A stretch of 64,000 bases of DNA from Flavobacteriales bacterium. Lineage in GTDB: Bacteria > Bacteroidota > Bacteroidia > Flavobacteriales_F > PHOS-HE28. Positions 9,975-19,876 of the stretch are shown one piece after another (position 1 is the stretch's first letter; every line of letters begins with the position of its first letter). Location: the NCBI GenBank assembly GCA_023957375.1, contig JAMLHB010000001.1, positions 1,154,245 to 1,218,244 on the forward strand. Reading direction: 5' to 3'. Both the position numbers and the translations under genes were made by a program. A model generated the notes under the pieces. The model had not been told where the DNA came from. It did not search any database and was given only the letters and a program-made list of their open reading frames with translations.

Positions 9975-10619
9975 TCACGGTTGCAGCCGCATGCGTTGCC
10001 AACTTCCATCCCCGAAGCGTTCGTATGCCAGGCGGTCGTGCAGACGGTTCGCCCGCCCTTGCCACAGTTCGATCCGCACCGGCCGAACCAGTACCCCGCC
10101 CCAATGCTCCGGGCGGGGAACGTCTGCTCCTTCAAAGCGTTCGCTCCATCGCAGGAATCTTTCTTCCATTGCCCCCCGATCGGCCACGCTGCGGCTCTGG
10201 TCACTGCTCCATGCACCGATCCTGCTTTCCCGCGGACGGGTGGCGAAATAGGCATCGCTTTCTGCGGCGGGCAAATGTTCAGCCTTCCCTTCCACACGAA
10301 CCTGCCGCTCCAACCGGGGCCAAAAGAAGTTGAGCGCCACGCGCGGGTCGCGCTCCAAGTCCATGGCCTTGCGGCTGTTGTAATTGGTGTAGAACACGAA
10401 CCCGCGTTCATCCACTTGGCGCAGCAACACCACCCGGCTGCTGATGCTCATGCTCCCCACGGTGGACACCACCATGGCGTTGGGATCGGCGATCCCTCCC
10501 TGCTCCGCTTCGTCCAGCCACTTCATGAAGAGGTGCAGCGGATCGCTGCCCGCCTCCGCTTCGCTCAACGACGACCTCTTATAGTCATCGTGTCCTTTGA
10601 TGATGCGTTCTTCGCCCAT
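9975..10619 (-). CDS. pdxH: pyridoxamine 5'-phosphate oxidase
   Basis: …VVLLRQVDERGFVFYTNYNSRK…LNFFWP…WGG… PNPOx signature. Start chosen at MGEERII (214 aa); upstream ATGs (10658, 10697) are possible. Confidence 0.85.
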   Translation of the reverse strand: MGEERIIKGHDDYKRSSLSEAEAGSDPLHLFMKWLDEAEQGGIADPNAMVVSTVGSMSISSRVVLLRQVDERGFVFYTNYNSRKAMDLERDPRVALNFFWPRLERQVRVEGKAEHLPAAESDAYFATRPRESRIGAWSSDQSRSVADRGAMEERFLRWSERFEGADVPRPEHWGGVLVRPVRIELWQGRANRLHDRLAYERFGDGSWQRMRLQP

Positions 10620-10760
10620 GTGCCGTGTTCGGTTTGCGGCGAAGTTATCCTGCGCCATGATCCCGAGGAGCCAGGTACGGGCAACCGGCGGGCCCAACTC
10701 CCGATCGCATTCAGGGATGGTAGATTGAGTAGCGCCGGGTTGAACTACCTTGCCCCAACC

Positions 10761-11348
10761 ATGTCACAAGATCCATTGGAACTGGACCCGCCCAATCCGA
10801 TGCCGCCCGCGCCAGGAACCATCCTGGTGAGCGGCCCTTTCCTTCCTGACCCGTACTTCCACCGGTCGGTGGTGCTGCTGTGCATGCACGACGACGAAGG
10901 TTCCTTCGGCCTGGTGCTGAACCGCCCAACGGGCATGGGCGTTGCGGACCTGATGGAAGACATGCCCAAGCTCAGCTCACCCGTGGGCATCGGAGGCCCC
11001 GTGCAAGGCAGCAATCTCTTTTTTCTCCATACCCTGGGCAAACGGATCGAGGGCAGCTTGCCGGTGGTGGGCGACCTGTACTTGGGCGGCGATTATGGGC
11101 AGCTGCGCGACATGTTGTCCGCCGCACCCAAATTGGCGAAGCACGTGCGCTTCTTCGTAGGATACAGCGGATGGAACGGCGGTCAGTTGGGAAGCGAAGT
11201 GAAACAGCGTTCGTGGTTGATCCATCCGGCCACCAAGCAATTGGTGATGAACGGGCCGCCGGAGACGTTGTGGGGACGCGTGCTGCGTTCGATGGGCCCC
11301 CGCTACGCCCCGTTGGCCAACTTCCCCGAGGACCCCTCTTTGAACTAG
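10761..11348 (+). CDS. yqgE: YqgE/AlgH family protein (UPF0301)
   Basis: …GTILVSGPFLPDPYFHRSVVLLCMHDDEGSFGLVLNRP…FFVGYSGWNGGQL… Start at MSQDPLEL. The upstream part of the 460-aa track ORF is shadow. Confidence 0.8.
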   Translation: MSQDPLELDPPNPMPPAPGTILVSGPFLPDPYFHRSVVLLCMHDDEGSFGLVLNRPTGMGVADLMEDMPKLSSPVGIGGPVQGSNLFFLHTLGKRIEGSLPVVGDLYLGGDYGQLRDMLSAAPKLAKHVRFFVGYSGWNGGQLGSEVKQRSWLIHPATKQLVMNGPPETLWGRVLRSMGPRYAPLANFPEDPSLN

Positions 11349-11466
11349 CACAAATGCCCGGCACTGCCGAAGCGTCGGTCCGGTGTGCTGGTGCATTTGC
11401 CTGAGTTGGTCCGATGCCTGCATGTGATCGGGGCGGCAGGCACGACCGGATCACGTTGCCGCCGCG

Positions 11467-12309
11467 CTACGTCCGCACCTTCTCCACCAGCAGGTCCTGC
11501 AGGCGTAAGGCCATGCGGTGGCCATAACGCTTGGTGCGGTACGCGGCCACCCACTGCACGCCCAATGCGGCATTGGTGAAGAACAGCTCATCGGCCACCA
11601 GCAGATTCTGTGGGTTCAGTGAACTCTCATACACCTTGATGCGGTTCTCCAAGGCCAAATTGATCACCTGCATGCGCATGATCCCGCCGACGCACCCGTC
11701 GCTCAACGGAGGAGTGTACAACACCCCGTTGCTGACGATGAACATGTTGCCCGAGCTTCCTTCGATGATGTTTCCCCGGTCGTTCTGCACCAGACAGTCA
11801 TCCAGGTGGTGATCGATGCACCAAAGGCTGGCCATTACATACAGCTGTGCGCCCAAGGTCTTGTGCACCGAAAGCACGTTCACTGCTTTGCGCATTCCAG
11901 GGTACAGGTCCACCACGCCCCCTCGTTCATTCAGGATGAAGGTTTCATGGGGCACAGGGAACAGTTCCAAGGCAAAGGCACCTGCATTGCCGGTCGGCCG
12001 GTAATACCCTTCCGCATCCCTGAACACGGTGAGCCGGCACCGTGCATGGGGCATCTTGCTGCGTTCAGCCAGTTCGCCGATCGCCCGCTGGAGCCCTTCG
12101 CGGTCCAACAGGGGCGGCATCTCTATGCGCAACACGCGCAAGCCCTCGGTCAACCGGGCCCAGTGGGCATCCAGGAAGCATGCGCGGCCGTCCACCACCC
12201 TGATCGTTTCGAAGAGTCCGTCACCATAATGGAAGGCGCGGTTGTTCAATCCTATTGCCGGCTGGCCCGCCGGAAGGATCTTGCCGTTCAGGTTCACATA
12301 GGCTTCCAT
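11467..12309 (-). CDS. class IV aminotransferase (aminodeoxychorismate lyase / D-amino-acid aminotransferase-like)
   Basis: Fold-type IV PLP enzyme pattern (…NRAFHYGDGLFETIRV…, …EGSSGNMFIV…). Confidence 0.75.
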   Translation of the reverse strand: MEAYVNLNGKILPAGQPAIGLNNRAFHYGDGLFETIRVVDGRACFLDAHWARLTEGLRVLRIEMPPLLDREGLQRAIGELAERSKMPHARCRLTVFRDAEGYYRPTGNAGAFALELFPVPHETFILNERGGVVDLYPGMRKAVNVLSVHKTLGAQLYVMASLWCIDHHLDDCLVQNDRGNIIEGSSGNMFIVSNGVLYTPPLSDGCVGGIMRMQVINLALENRIKVYESSLNPQNLLVADELFFTNAALGVQWVAAYRTKRYGHRMALRLQDLLVEKVRT

Positions 12310-12806
12310 GAGGTCATACCTTCTTTAATGAGCACCGGCAACAAGGTGGTGTTTGGCTCCACCAACACCCCCCGTATCCCGGCTGCTGCGGCGGCGTCCA
12401 TGTCGCGTTGGCGGTCGCCCACCATCAGTGACCGGCCTGGATCGATGCCGAAACGGGCGATGGCCCGCTCAAAAAGCAGGCTTCCCGGCTTGCGGCACAA
12501 GCAGCGTCCTTGCGTGGGATGATGCGGGCAATAGTAGATCGCATCCAGGTCGGCACCCGCTTGGGCAAGACGTTCGGCGAGGGATGTGTGCAACCGCTCA
12601 ACGTCCGCATGCGTGTATAGGCCCAGGCCGATCCCGCTTTGGTTGGTGACCACCACCACCAGCAGGCCCGCCGCATGTGCTGCGTTCACGGCATCGGCAA
12701 CTCCGGGCAGCAGCTCGAAGTCCTCCATGCGCCAAGTGTGTGCACCCCGTTCGCGGTTGATCACCCCGTCCCGATCCAGGAAAAGCCCGCCCCGCCCCAT
12801 GATCAA
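12294..12806 (-). CDS. gmhB: HAD-IIIA hydrolase, D,D-heptose 1,7-bisphosphate phosphatase-like
   Basis: LFLDRDGVIN…VVVTNQSGI…YCPHHP…CLCRKP…MVGDRQRDMDAA — HAD motifs I–IV of GmhB. Confidence 0.7.
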   Translation of the reverse strand: MIMGRGGLFLDRDGVINRERGAHTWRMEDFELLPGVADAVNAAHAAGLLVVVVTNQSGIGLGLYTHADVERLHTSLAERLAQAGADLDAIYYCPHHPTQGRCLCRKPGSLLFERAIARFGIDPGRSLMVGDRQRDMDAAAAAGIRGVLVEPNTTLLPVLIKEGMTSWKPM

Positions 12807-13414
12807 AGGCCCACCAGGTTGAAAAACCGCGGCACCGACCCCGGGGCCAATACCGCCGTAAAGGCAATACCGTACAGTGCCCCGAAATAATGCGCATCAT
12901 GGGCGATACCGTCCCCTCCCCTCTTGCTCATGTACCACTCATAGGCCAAGTACAGCCCGCCGAAGATCCAAGCCGCCAGCGGAATGGGCAGGAAAATGAG
13001 CATCAGCTTGGTATCCGGATGCAGCAGGATGAAGGAGAACACCACGGCCGAGGTGGCACCGGAGGCGCCCACCGCACGATAGGCCGGATCGTGCCGGTGC
13101 TTGTAATACCCGGGGAGCGAGCTCAACACGATACCGCCCAGGTACAACACCAAATAAGGAAGCCAGGGCGAACTGCCGGTGATCTGCGCGTAAGCCTGCT
13201 CCACCGCAGTGCCAAACATCCACAGCACGTACATGTTCACCAGCAGGTGCAGCATGCCCCCATGCACGAACCCGTGGGTAATGAACCGGTACCAGTCGCG
13301 TTGTTCATGGATGATGAACGGTTGGAACAGCAAGCGTGAAAACAACGCCATATTGTTCAGTGCGGCCATTGAAACCACCACCGTAACGGCGATGATCACC
13401 AGGGTGATGGACAT
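12803..13414 (-). CDS. rhomboid family intramembrane serine protease
   Basis: Six-TM pattern with GASGA catalytic-Ser motif and a downstream His (…FGALYGIA…). Start at MSITLVII. Confidence 0.75.
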   Translation of the reverse strand: MSITLVIIAVTVVVSMAALNNMALFSRLLFQPFIIHEQRDWYRFITHGFVHGGMLHLLVNMYVLWMFGTAVEQAYAQITGSSPWLPYLVLYLGGIVLSSLPGYYKHRHDPAYRAVGASGATSAVVFSFILLHPDTKLMLIFLPIPLAAWIFGGLYLAYEWYMSKRGGDGIAHDAHYFGALYGIAFTAVLAPGSVPRFFNLVGL

Positions 13415-13530
13415 GGGCGAAAGATAGCCCCGCGCCCCGGTCGGCAAGCCCCGCCTGCCCCCCAATGTCCGACAAGCCCGTAACGAGCAGGCCCCCCAAG
13501 CGGGTGCTCGGAGGGCCGGAACCTGTAGGA

Positions 13531-13605
13531 GTAGCGCGAGAGTGACTTGAACACTCGACCTCAGGATTATGAATCCTGCGCTCTAACCAGCTGAGCTACC
13601 GCGCC
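13531..13605 (-). tRNA. tRNA with CAU anticodon (elongator Met; Ile2-lysidine type not excluded)
   Basis: Hand-folded cloverleaf: acceptor GGCGCGG/TCGCGCT, D-arm GCTC-AGCTGGTTA-GAGC, anticodon arm CAGGA-TTCATAA-TCCTG, T-arm GAGTG-TTCAAGT-CACTC, discriminator A. It is not the initiator type (no CGG start, no 3 G-C pairs in the anticodon stem). Confidence 0.8.
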
Positions 13606-13717
13606 AATTCGGGCGGCGAATATAGCGCGCCCCAGGATGTCGGTGGCGTAGCGGCCCACTTGCACGCCAAGTGTATCTTCTTATCTTTCCCCGCAACCCC
13701 AAAAAATTGTCCCGCCC

Positions 13718-14635
13718 ATGGCGCATCAAGCAAAGAAATCCAAGAGCAAAGCAGCAAAAACAGGCAAGGGTGTGGCCAAGGGCAAGCCGAAGACGGCCAA
13801 GGCGATGCCTGTGCGAAAGGCAATGGACAACAAAGGGGCAGCCAAGGCCCCCGCAAGCACCAAGAAGGCCCAACCGGCCACGCCCAAGAAGCGGGCCACC
13901 GGCACGGCCAAGAAGTCTCCGGCGAAGAAAGCTACCGCGAAAAAGACGTTGATCAAGAAAACAGCGGCCAAAAACAAGGTGGCGAAGAAGGTCCCCGCGA
14001 ACAAGGCCCCGTTCAAGAAAACTTCGCCCAAGAAGGTGGCTCTTGCCAAGGCACCAGTGGGCGGAAAGGCGGCAAAGAAGGTGGCGCCAACAAAGCCCCA
14101 AGTGAAGAAGGCACCGCTTAAGACACCGAACGCCACAAAAGCCCCGGTGCACAAACACCTGCAACGGCGATCTCCCGCCGGGAAGTCGGCCCATCAAGCG
14201 CCGGCCAAGGTGGTACCGGCACCGAAGCCCGCACCGCTTGCCCCGAAAGCCTTGAAGCAACGTTACCAGTTGGAGTTCTACCTCAATGCTTCACAGGCTT
14301 CCTTATATGAACTGATCAGCACTCCCAGCGGGTTCAGCGAGTGGTTCTGCGATGATGTGGACATGCACGAGAACAGGTACACCTTCAAATGGGGGGATGA
14401 GCAGGAACAGGCGGACTGCATCAGCCAGCGCTACGGGGAAAGCATCCGCTTCCGCTGGGTGGAAGACCTGGAGGAGGACCCCGCCGCCTATTTCGAGCTG
14501 CGGATACGGATCGACGGCATGACCAATGAAACCTGCCTAGTGGTGACCGACCATGCCTGGCCGCAGGACCTGATGGAGGAAAAAGCCCTTTGGGAAGCCC
14601 AGGTACAAACCCTGATCCGGGTGCTGGGCGCCTGA
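13718..14635 (+). CDS. fusion protein: N-terminal histone H1-like K/A/P-rich domain (~190 aa) plus C-terminal SRPBCC (AHSA1/START-like) domain
   Basis: The first ~190 aa are AKK/PKK low-complexity. The C-terminal 115 aa (YQLEFYLNASQASLYELISTPSGFSEWF…FRWVE…) resemble AHSA1/SRPBCC ligand-binding domains. Confidence 0.65.
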   Translation: MAHQAKKSKSKAAKTGKGVAKGKPKTAKAMPVRKAMDNKGAAKAPASTKKAQPATPKKRATGTAKKSPAKKATAKKTLIKKTAAKNKVAKKVPANKAPFKKTSPKKVALAKAPVGGKAAKKVAPTKPQVKKAPLKTPNATKAPVHKHLQRRSPAGKSAHQAPAKVVPAPKPAPLAPKALKQRYQLEFYLNASQASLYELISTPSGFSEWFCDDVDMHENRYTFKWGDEQEQADCISQRYGESIRFRWVEDLEEDPAAYFELRIRIDGMTNETCLVVTDHAWPQDLMEEKALWEAQVQTLIRVLGA

Positions 14636-14702
14636 CCTGGTGCAACGCCCCGTGCCCGGTTGTGCCCATGCCGGGCCCGGGGGCGATCTTTGCACACCGT
14701 GC

Positions 14703-16148
14703 ATGAAACGTTTGCACCGCATGATCATCGGGGTCTACTGGGGCCCCTTGTTCGTTACCTTCCTCATCGTGCTCTTCCTCTTCAGCATGCAATGGCTGTG
14801 GAAATGGGTGGATGACTTAATGGGCAAGGGCCTGCCGTGGGACGTATTGGCCAAGTTGATCGCCTACGCCACCTCGGCCTTCGTTCCCGCGGTATTGCCT
14901 TTGGCCGTGCTGCTGAGCTCGATCATGACCATGGGCGGATTGGGCGAGCGCTCCGAACTGACCCCCATGCGCTCCGCAGGCCTGGGCCTGTTCCGCATTC
15001 TGTCACCTTTGGTGGTCTTCGTGCTTGGCCTGGCCCTGTTCTCCTTCTACTTCAGCAACAATGTCCTGCCGGTGGCCAACCTCAAGTTCCAAAGCCTGCT
15101 GTGGGACGTTACCCGCGCGAAGCCCGCGCTGAACCTGCGGCCCGGCGTGTTTTACAACGGCATAGACGGCTTTTCCATCCGGGTGGGCGGAAAGGATGAT
15201 CGCACCGGCGAGCTCAGCGACGTGCTGATCTACGATCACCGCAAGCCGTTCCAGGCCAACCGCACCGTGCTGCGCGCCGAAAAAGGGACCATGGGCCGCA
15301 GCACCGACAACCGCTTTCTGGTGCTGGTCCTTGAACATGGCAGGACCTACGATGAACAGGGTGAGGGGCCCTCGCACTTGGCCGGCGGGCTGCCGCTGTT
15401 GCGCGGGAGCTTCCTGCGGCAGGAAATCCACATGGACCTCTCGGGCATGGGCATGAAACGCACCGACGAGGACCTGTTCAAAGACCACTACAAAATGCTC
15501 ACCTTGGGCCAGCTGGCCTATGTGGAAGACAGCCTGCGGAAGCGGTTGCAAGAGCGGGCCGACGACCAGGAACGACAGATCAAGGAAGGGCTATTCCCCA
15601 TGCGGGACAAGGGCCCCACCGGTACGCCGGGCCATGGCGGCGGCCTGTACGTTGATACCCCGGAAAAGGCCGCGCCTACCGCCTGGTACCCGATCGCTGC
15701 GGAGCAGGTGCGCCAAACCATCCAGGAACTGGACCGCATGGCCCTTGAGCAGGCGGACCGCAAAAGGCAGATCGCCAAATTCCAGGTGGAGTGGCACCGC
15801 AAACTGGTGCTGGCCGGGGCATGCATCGTGTTCTTCTTCATCGGGGCGCCATTGGGCGCCATCGTGCGCAAGGGTGGCATGGGCCTGCCCGCCATCATTG
15901 CCATCCTCTTCTTCCTGGTCTTCCACATCCTGAGCTATTCAACTGAACAGATGGTGAAGGCCGGTGATCTGCCCGCGTGGCCCGGCATGTGGATCAGTAC
16001 CTTGGTCCTGCTCCCGATCGGCATGTTCATCACCTGGAAAGCCGCAACCGACAGCCCCTTGTTCGACCGCGATGCGTATGATCGCATCCGGGAGCGGATC
16101 CGCCCACGTTCCAAGCCCCGCCATGCGCATCCTGCAATTGTGCCATAA
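14703..16148 (+). CDS. LptF/LptG family lipopolysaccharide export permease (YjgP/YjgQ)
   Basis: N-terminal three-TM block (IIGVYWGPLF…), a large periplasmic domain, and C-terminal TMs (…KLVLAGACIVFFFIGAPLGAI…). Start chosen at MKRLHRMI. Confidence 0.75.
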   Translation: MKRLHRMIIGVYWGPLFVTFLIVLFLFSMQWLWKWVDDLMGKGLPWDVLAKLIAYATSAFVPAVLPLAVLLSSIMTMGGLGERSELTPMRSAGLGLFRILSPLVVFVLGLALFSFYFSNNVLPVANLKFQSLLWDVTRAKPALNLRPGVFYNGIDGFSIRVGGKDDRTGELSDVLIYDHRKPFQANRTVLRAEKGTMGRSTDNRFLVLVLEHGRTYDEQGEGPSHLAGGLPLLRGSFLRQEIHMDLSGMGMKRTDEDLFKDHYKMLTLGQLAYVEDSLRKRLQERADDQERQIKEGLFPMRDKGPTGTPGHGGGLYVDTPEKAAPTAWYPIAAEQVRQTIQELDRMALEQADRKRQIAKFQVEWHRKLVLAGACIVFFFIGAPLGAIVRKGGMGLPAIIAILFFLVFHILSYSTEQMVKAGDLPAWPGMWISTLVLLPIGMFITWKAATDSPLFDRDAYDRIRERIRPRSKPRHAHPAIVP

Positions 16149-17322
16149 GCCGCCCTACCCGCCCATCGACGGCGGCACCAAGGCCATGCACAACATCACG
16201 CGCGGCCTGCTGGAAGCCGGCCACCAAGTGAAGGTGCTGTGCATCAGTACGGCCAAGCACCCCTTGAAGGTGGCGGCCATCCCCGCGGCGTACCGCAAGC
16301 AAACGGCCATTGAGGGGGTGTTCGTGGACACCGCCCTGAACGTCGTGGACGCCTTCACCGACCTGGTGACCGCCGACAATTACAACATCAGCCGGTTCTT
16401 TTCCCCGGACATGGACATTCGGCTGATCCAATTGCTCTCCCAGGAATCCTTTGACATCATCCATTTGGAGAGCTTGTTCGTCACCCCTTACATCCCCACC
16501 CTGCGCAGGTACTCCAAGGCCCCCATCGTGCTGCGCTCGCACAACATGGAGCATGCGATCCAGGAACGCATCGCCCAAGGGGAGCGCAACATCTTCAAGA
16601 AACCGTACCGCAAATACCTGGCGCGCCAGCTCAAGCAGTATGAGCAGGACGTGCTCGCGCTGGTTGACGGGGTGGCCGCCATTACCGCAGCGGACGCCGC
16701 GCAGATGGAACCGCACGGCAGCCCGTGCCCGATCACGGTGATCCCCTTCGGCGTGTGGCCCGGGGAATATGAATTCCCCGAGCCGGAAGGCCCGCCCATC
16801 TTCTTCCATTTGGGCAGCATGGATTGGCTGCCCAACGAGGAAGGCATCCGTTGGTTGTTGCGCCATGTGTGGCCCACTGTGCTGCAAAGCCATCCTGCGG
16901 CCAAGCTCCACCTGGCGGGCAACCGCATGCCGCGCGACATGATCCGCGCACGGCTGCCCGGCACCACCGTGGTGGGCCGCGTGCCGGATGCGGACCGCTA
17001 CATCGCCAAGCGCCATGTGATGCTCGTGCCCCTGTTCAGCGCGGGAGGCATGCGCGTGAAGATCATTGAGGGCATGGCCATGGGCAAGTGCATCATCAGC
17101 ACCACCATTGGGGCCGAGGGCATCAAGCACAAGCCCGGCCACAATATCCTGATCGCCGATACCGCAGCGGAATTCATCGCGCAAATGGAGTCCGTGCTGG
17201 ACAACCCCGGGCTGGCCGGGCAGATCGGGCGGCGGTCCGCGCAATTGGTCAAACAGCAGCACAACAACGTCGAGATCATCAAGGACCTGCTCGCCTTTTA
17301 TGCCTCCCTGAAGCGGAAATGA
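16123..17322 (+). CDS. glycosyltransferase family 4
   Basis: MRILQLCHKPPYPPIDGG… and the C-terminal GT4 catalytic core (…VPLFSAGGMRVKIIEGMAMGKCIISTTIGAEG…). Confidence 0.8.
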   Translation: MRILQLCHKPPYPPIDGGTKAMHNITRGLLEAGHQVKVLCISTAKHPLKVAAIPAAYRKQTAIEGVFVDTALNVVDAFTDLVTADNYNISRFFSPDMDIRLIQLLSQESFDIIHLESLFVTPYIPTLRRYSKAPIVLRSHNMEHAIQERIAQGERNIFKKPYRKYLARQLKQYEQDVLALVDGVAAITAADAAQMEPHGSPCPITVIPFGVWPGEYEFPEPEGPPIFFHLGSMDWLPNEEGIRWLLRHVWPTVLQSHPAAKLHLAGNRMPRDMIRARLPGTTVVGRVPDADRYIAKRHVMLVPLFSAGGMRVKIIEGMAMGKCIISTTIGAEGIKHKPGHNILIADTAAEFIAQMESVLDNPGLAGQIGRRSAQLVKQQHNNVEIIKDLLAFYASLKRK

Positions 17323-18557
17323 AGTTGCTCGTCGTGCTATCCCGGATGCCATACCCCTTGGAAAAAGGGGACAAGTTGCGCGCCTTCCATTTGGTCAAGC
17401 GCCTGTCCGAAAAGCATGAAGTATTCCTCTTCTGCCTCAGCGACCAGCGCGTAAAGGCCGATGACGAGGCACACCTCCGGGGGTACTTCAAGCACCTGCA
17501 CGTGGTGTACATCCCCTGGTGGCGGTTACTGCTTCGCCTTTGCGCCGCGCCGTTCTCAAGGCTCCCCTTCCAGGTCAGCTATTTCCACCACGGCCATGCC
17601 CAGCGGCAACTGGACCGCGTAGTGGCCGAATTCCGCCCCGACCACGTGCTGTGCCAGCTGGTGCGCACCACCGAATACGTGAGGCATCATTACCAGTTGC
17701 CCAAAACGCTGGATTACATGGACACCCTGAGCAAGGGCATGGAACGCAGGGCGGAAACAGCGCCCTTCCCCTTCAGCGCGGTGCTGCAAGCCGAAACTCG
17801 CAGGTTGATCGGCTACGAGAACCTGATGTTCGACCTGTTCGACCACCAGGTGATCATCAGTGCCCAGGACCGCGACCTCCTGTACCACCCGGACCGCCAC
17901 CAAGTGGTGGTGGTGCCCAACGGGGTGGACAACGAATACTTCGCACCCCAGCGGAAGGAAAAAACACATGACCTGCTCTTCACGGGCAACATGAACTATC
18001 CGCCCAACATCGACAGCGTACTGTTCCTGGTGCAGCGCGTGCTGCCCCTGGTGCAGGCCAAACGCCCCGGCACCACGCTGCTCATCGCGGGGGTGGACCC
18101 CGGCCAGCGGATCCTTCGGTTGGCAGCGGCCCACCCGGAGGTGACCGTAAGCGGCTGGATGAAGGACATCCGCCAGGCCTATGCCTCGGCACACGTCTTT
18201 GTGGCCCCGATGCAACTGGGCACCGGCCTGCAGAACAAGTTGCTCGAGGCCATGGCCATGGGCATGCCCTGCGTATCGTCGGACCTGGCCAACAATGCGG
18301 TGGGCGCCAGTCCGGGTACCTCGATCCTCATCGGCCATGAGCCCCAGGAATACGCCGACCATATCCTGCGCCTCTTGGAAAATCCCCAGGAAAGGGATGC
18401 CCTTGCACACCATGCCCTGCAATTCGTCCGCAGTTCCTTCAATTGGGAATCCGCTGCCAACCTGTTGGACGGCCTGATGTTCGGCCCTTCCCTACCGGCG
18501 GCGCAAACCGAAGGCCCAAACCATGCATCCGCAAGCATGGGCCCGGTGGCCCGGTAA
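17319..18557 (+). CDS. glycosyltransferase family 4 (second copy)
   Basis: [21 protein letters not shown]…[26 protein letters not shown]… ATGA overlap with the upstream GT4. Confidence 0.8.
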   Translation: MKLLVVLSRMPYPLEKGDKLRAFHLVKRLSEKHEVFLFCLSDQRVKADDEAHLRGYFKHLHVVYIPWWRLLLRLCAAPFSRLPFQVSYFHHGHAQRQLDRVVAEFRPDHVLCQLVRTTEYVRHHYQLPKTLDYMDTLSKGMERRAETAPFPFSAVLQAETRRLIGYENLMFDLFDHQVIISAQDRDLLYHPDRHQVVVVPNGVDNEYFAPQRKEKTHDLLFTGNMNYPPNIDSVLFLVQRVLPLVQAKRPGTTLLIAGVDPGQRILRLAAAHPEVTVSGWMKDIRQAYASAHVFVAPMQLGTGLQNKLLEAMAMGMPCVSSDLANNAVGASPGTSILIGHEPQEYADHILRLLENPQERDALAHHALQFVRSSFNWESAANLLDGLMFGPSLPAAQTEGPNHASASMGPVAR

Positions 18558-18625
18558 GGCCGCCATGGAAAGGGCGGGGGCATTGGCGTAAATTTGCACG
18601 CGCCCCCAACGGGCGGCAGGAAAAC

Positions 18626-19837
18626 ATGGGCGACACGGAGTTTGACAGCATTGAAAGCGCCATCGCCGATATCCAGGCGGGAAAACTGGTGATCGTGGTG
18701 GACGATGAAGACCGCGAGAACGAAGGCGACTTCATCACGGCGGCGCGCAATGCCACCCCCGAGGTGGTCAACTTCATGGCCACCCATGGGCGCGGCCTCA
18801 TTTGCGCCCCGCTCACCGAGGAGCGCTGCACCCAGTTGGGCCTCGACCTGATGGTGCACGATAACACGGCGCTGCACCAAACGCCCTTCACCGTAAGCGT
18901 GGACCTGCGCGGGCACGGCACCTCCACCGGCATCAGCGCCAGTGACCGCAGCAAGACCATCCTCTCCTTGATCGACCCGGCCACCACTCCCGCCGATCTG
19001 GGCCGGCCGGGCCACATCTTCCCCCTGAAGGCCCGCAATGGCGGCGTGCTGCGGCGCGCCGGGCATACCGAGGCCACCGTGGACCTGGCCCGATTGGCCG
19101 GACTGGAGCCTGCCGGGGTGCTGGTGGAGATCATGAACGCCGACGGCACCATGGCCCGCCTGCCGGAATTGCGCGAGGTGGCCCGCCGGTTCAACCTCAA
19201 GCTGATCACCATCGCCGACCTGGTGGCCTACCGCATGCGCACCGAGCGGTCGGTGGAACGCATCGTGGAGGTGAACATGCCCACCGACTACGGCGATTTC
19301 CACTTGGTGGCCTACCGGCAGAAGGACACCGGCGAAGAGCACCTGGCCTTGGTAAAGGGAACCTGGAAGCCGGAAGATGCCGTGCTGGTACGCATGCACA
19401 GCAGCTGCCTCACGGGCGATATTTTCGGGAGCCGCCGGTGCGATTGCGGCCCGCAGTTGCACGCCGCCATGGAAATGATCCAGCGCGAAGGCCGGGGCGT
19501 GGTGGTGTACATGCAGCAGGAGGGGCGCGGGATCGGCCTGGTGAACAAGTTGAAGGCGTACAAATTGCAGGAGCAGGGCGCGGACACGGTGGAGGCCAAC
19601 TTGATGCTGGGCTTCTCCATGGATGCCCGCGACTACGGCGTGGGTGCGCAGATCCTGCACGACCTGGGCGTGCGCAAGATCCGCCTGCTGACCAACAACC
19701 CCAAGAAGCGCAGCGGCCTGATCGGTTATGGGCTGCAGATCACCGAGAACGTGCCCATCCAAATAGCGCCCAACGAGTACAACCACAAGTACCTGCTCAC
19801 CAAGAAGCTGAAGATGGGCCACGAGCTGGACGTGTGA
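18626..19837 (+). CDS. ribBA: bifunctional 3,4-dihydroxy-2-butanone-4-phosphate synthase / GTP cyclohydrolase II
   Basis: DHBP synthase half (…[11 protein letters not shown]…GRPGHIFPL…) and GCH-II half with the CDCG zinc motif (…[10 protein letters not shown]…EGRGIGL…). Confidence 0.9.
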   Translation: MGDTEFDSIESAIADIQAGKLVIVVDDEDRENEGDFITAARNATPEVVNFMATHGRGLICAPLTEERCTQLGLDLMVHDNTALHQTPFTVSVDLRGHGTSTGISASDRSKTILSLIDPATTPADLGRPGHIFPLKARNGGVLRRAGHTEATVDLARLAGLEPAGVLVEIMNADGTMARLPELREVARRFNLKLITIADLVAYRMRTERSVERIVEVNMPTDYGDFHLVAYRQKDTGEEHLALVKGTWKPEDAVLVRMHSSCLTGDIFGSRRCDCGPQLHAAMEMIQREGRGVVVYMQQEGRGIGLVNKLKAYKLQEQGADTVEANLMLGFSMDARDYGVGAQILHDLGVRKIRLLTNNPKKRSGLIGYGLQITENVPIQIAPNEYNHKYLLTKKLKMGHELDV

Positions 19838-19876
19838 GGCGAAACCCGCGGGCAGGCCCCGTCAACCCCTGGTTCG

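Noticed and set aside
9966-10760. N-terminal 265 aa of the 460-aa + ORF 9966–11348, and the overlapping 9953–10411 / 9962–10333 ORFs
   Set aside because: They lie antisense to pdxH, which has clear homology. Only the C-terminal 195 aa (YqgE/AlgH) is real.
13583-14260. 225-aa minus-strand ORF and others antisense to the H1-like/SRPBCC gene
   Set aside because: Leu/Arg/Gly-rich translation produced by reading the AAG/GCC-rich lysine-codon tract backwards. It also overlaps the tRNA.
17556-19822. 288-aa and 547-aa minus-strand ORFs spanning the second GT4 gene and ribBA
   Set aside because: Antisense to two genes with unambiguous homology. The translations are Ala/Gly/His/Val repetitive.
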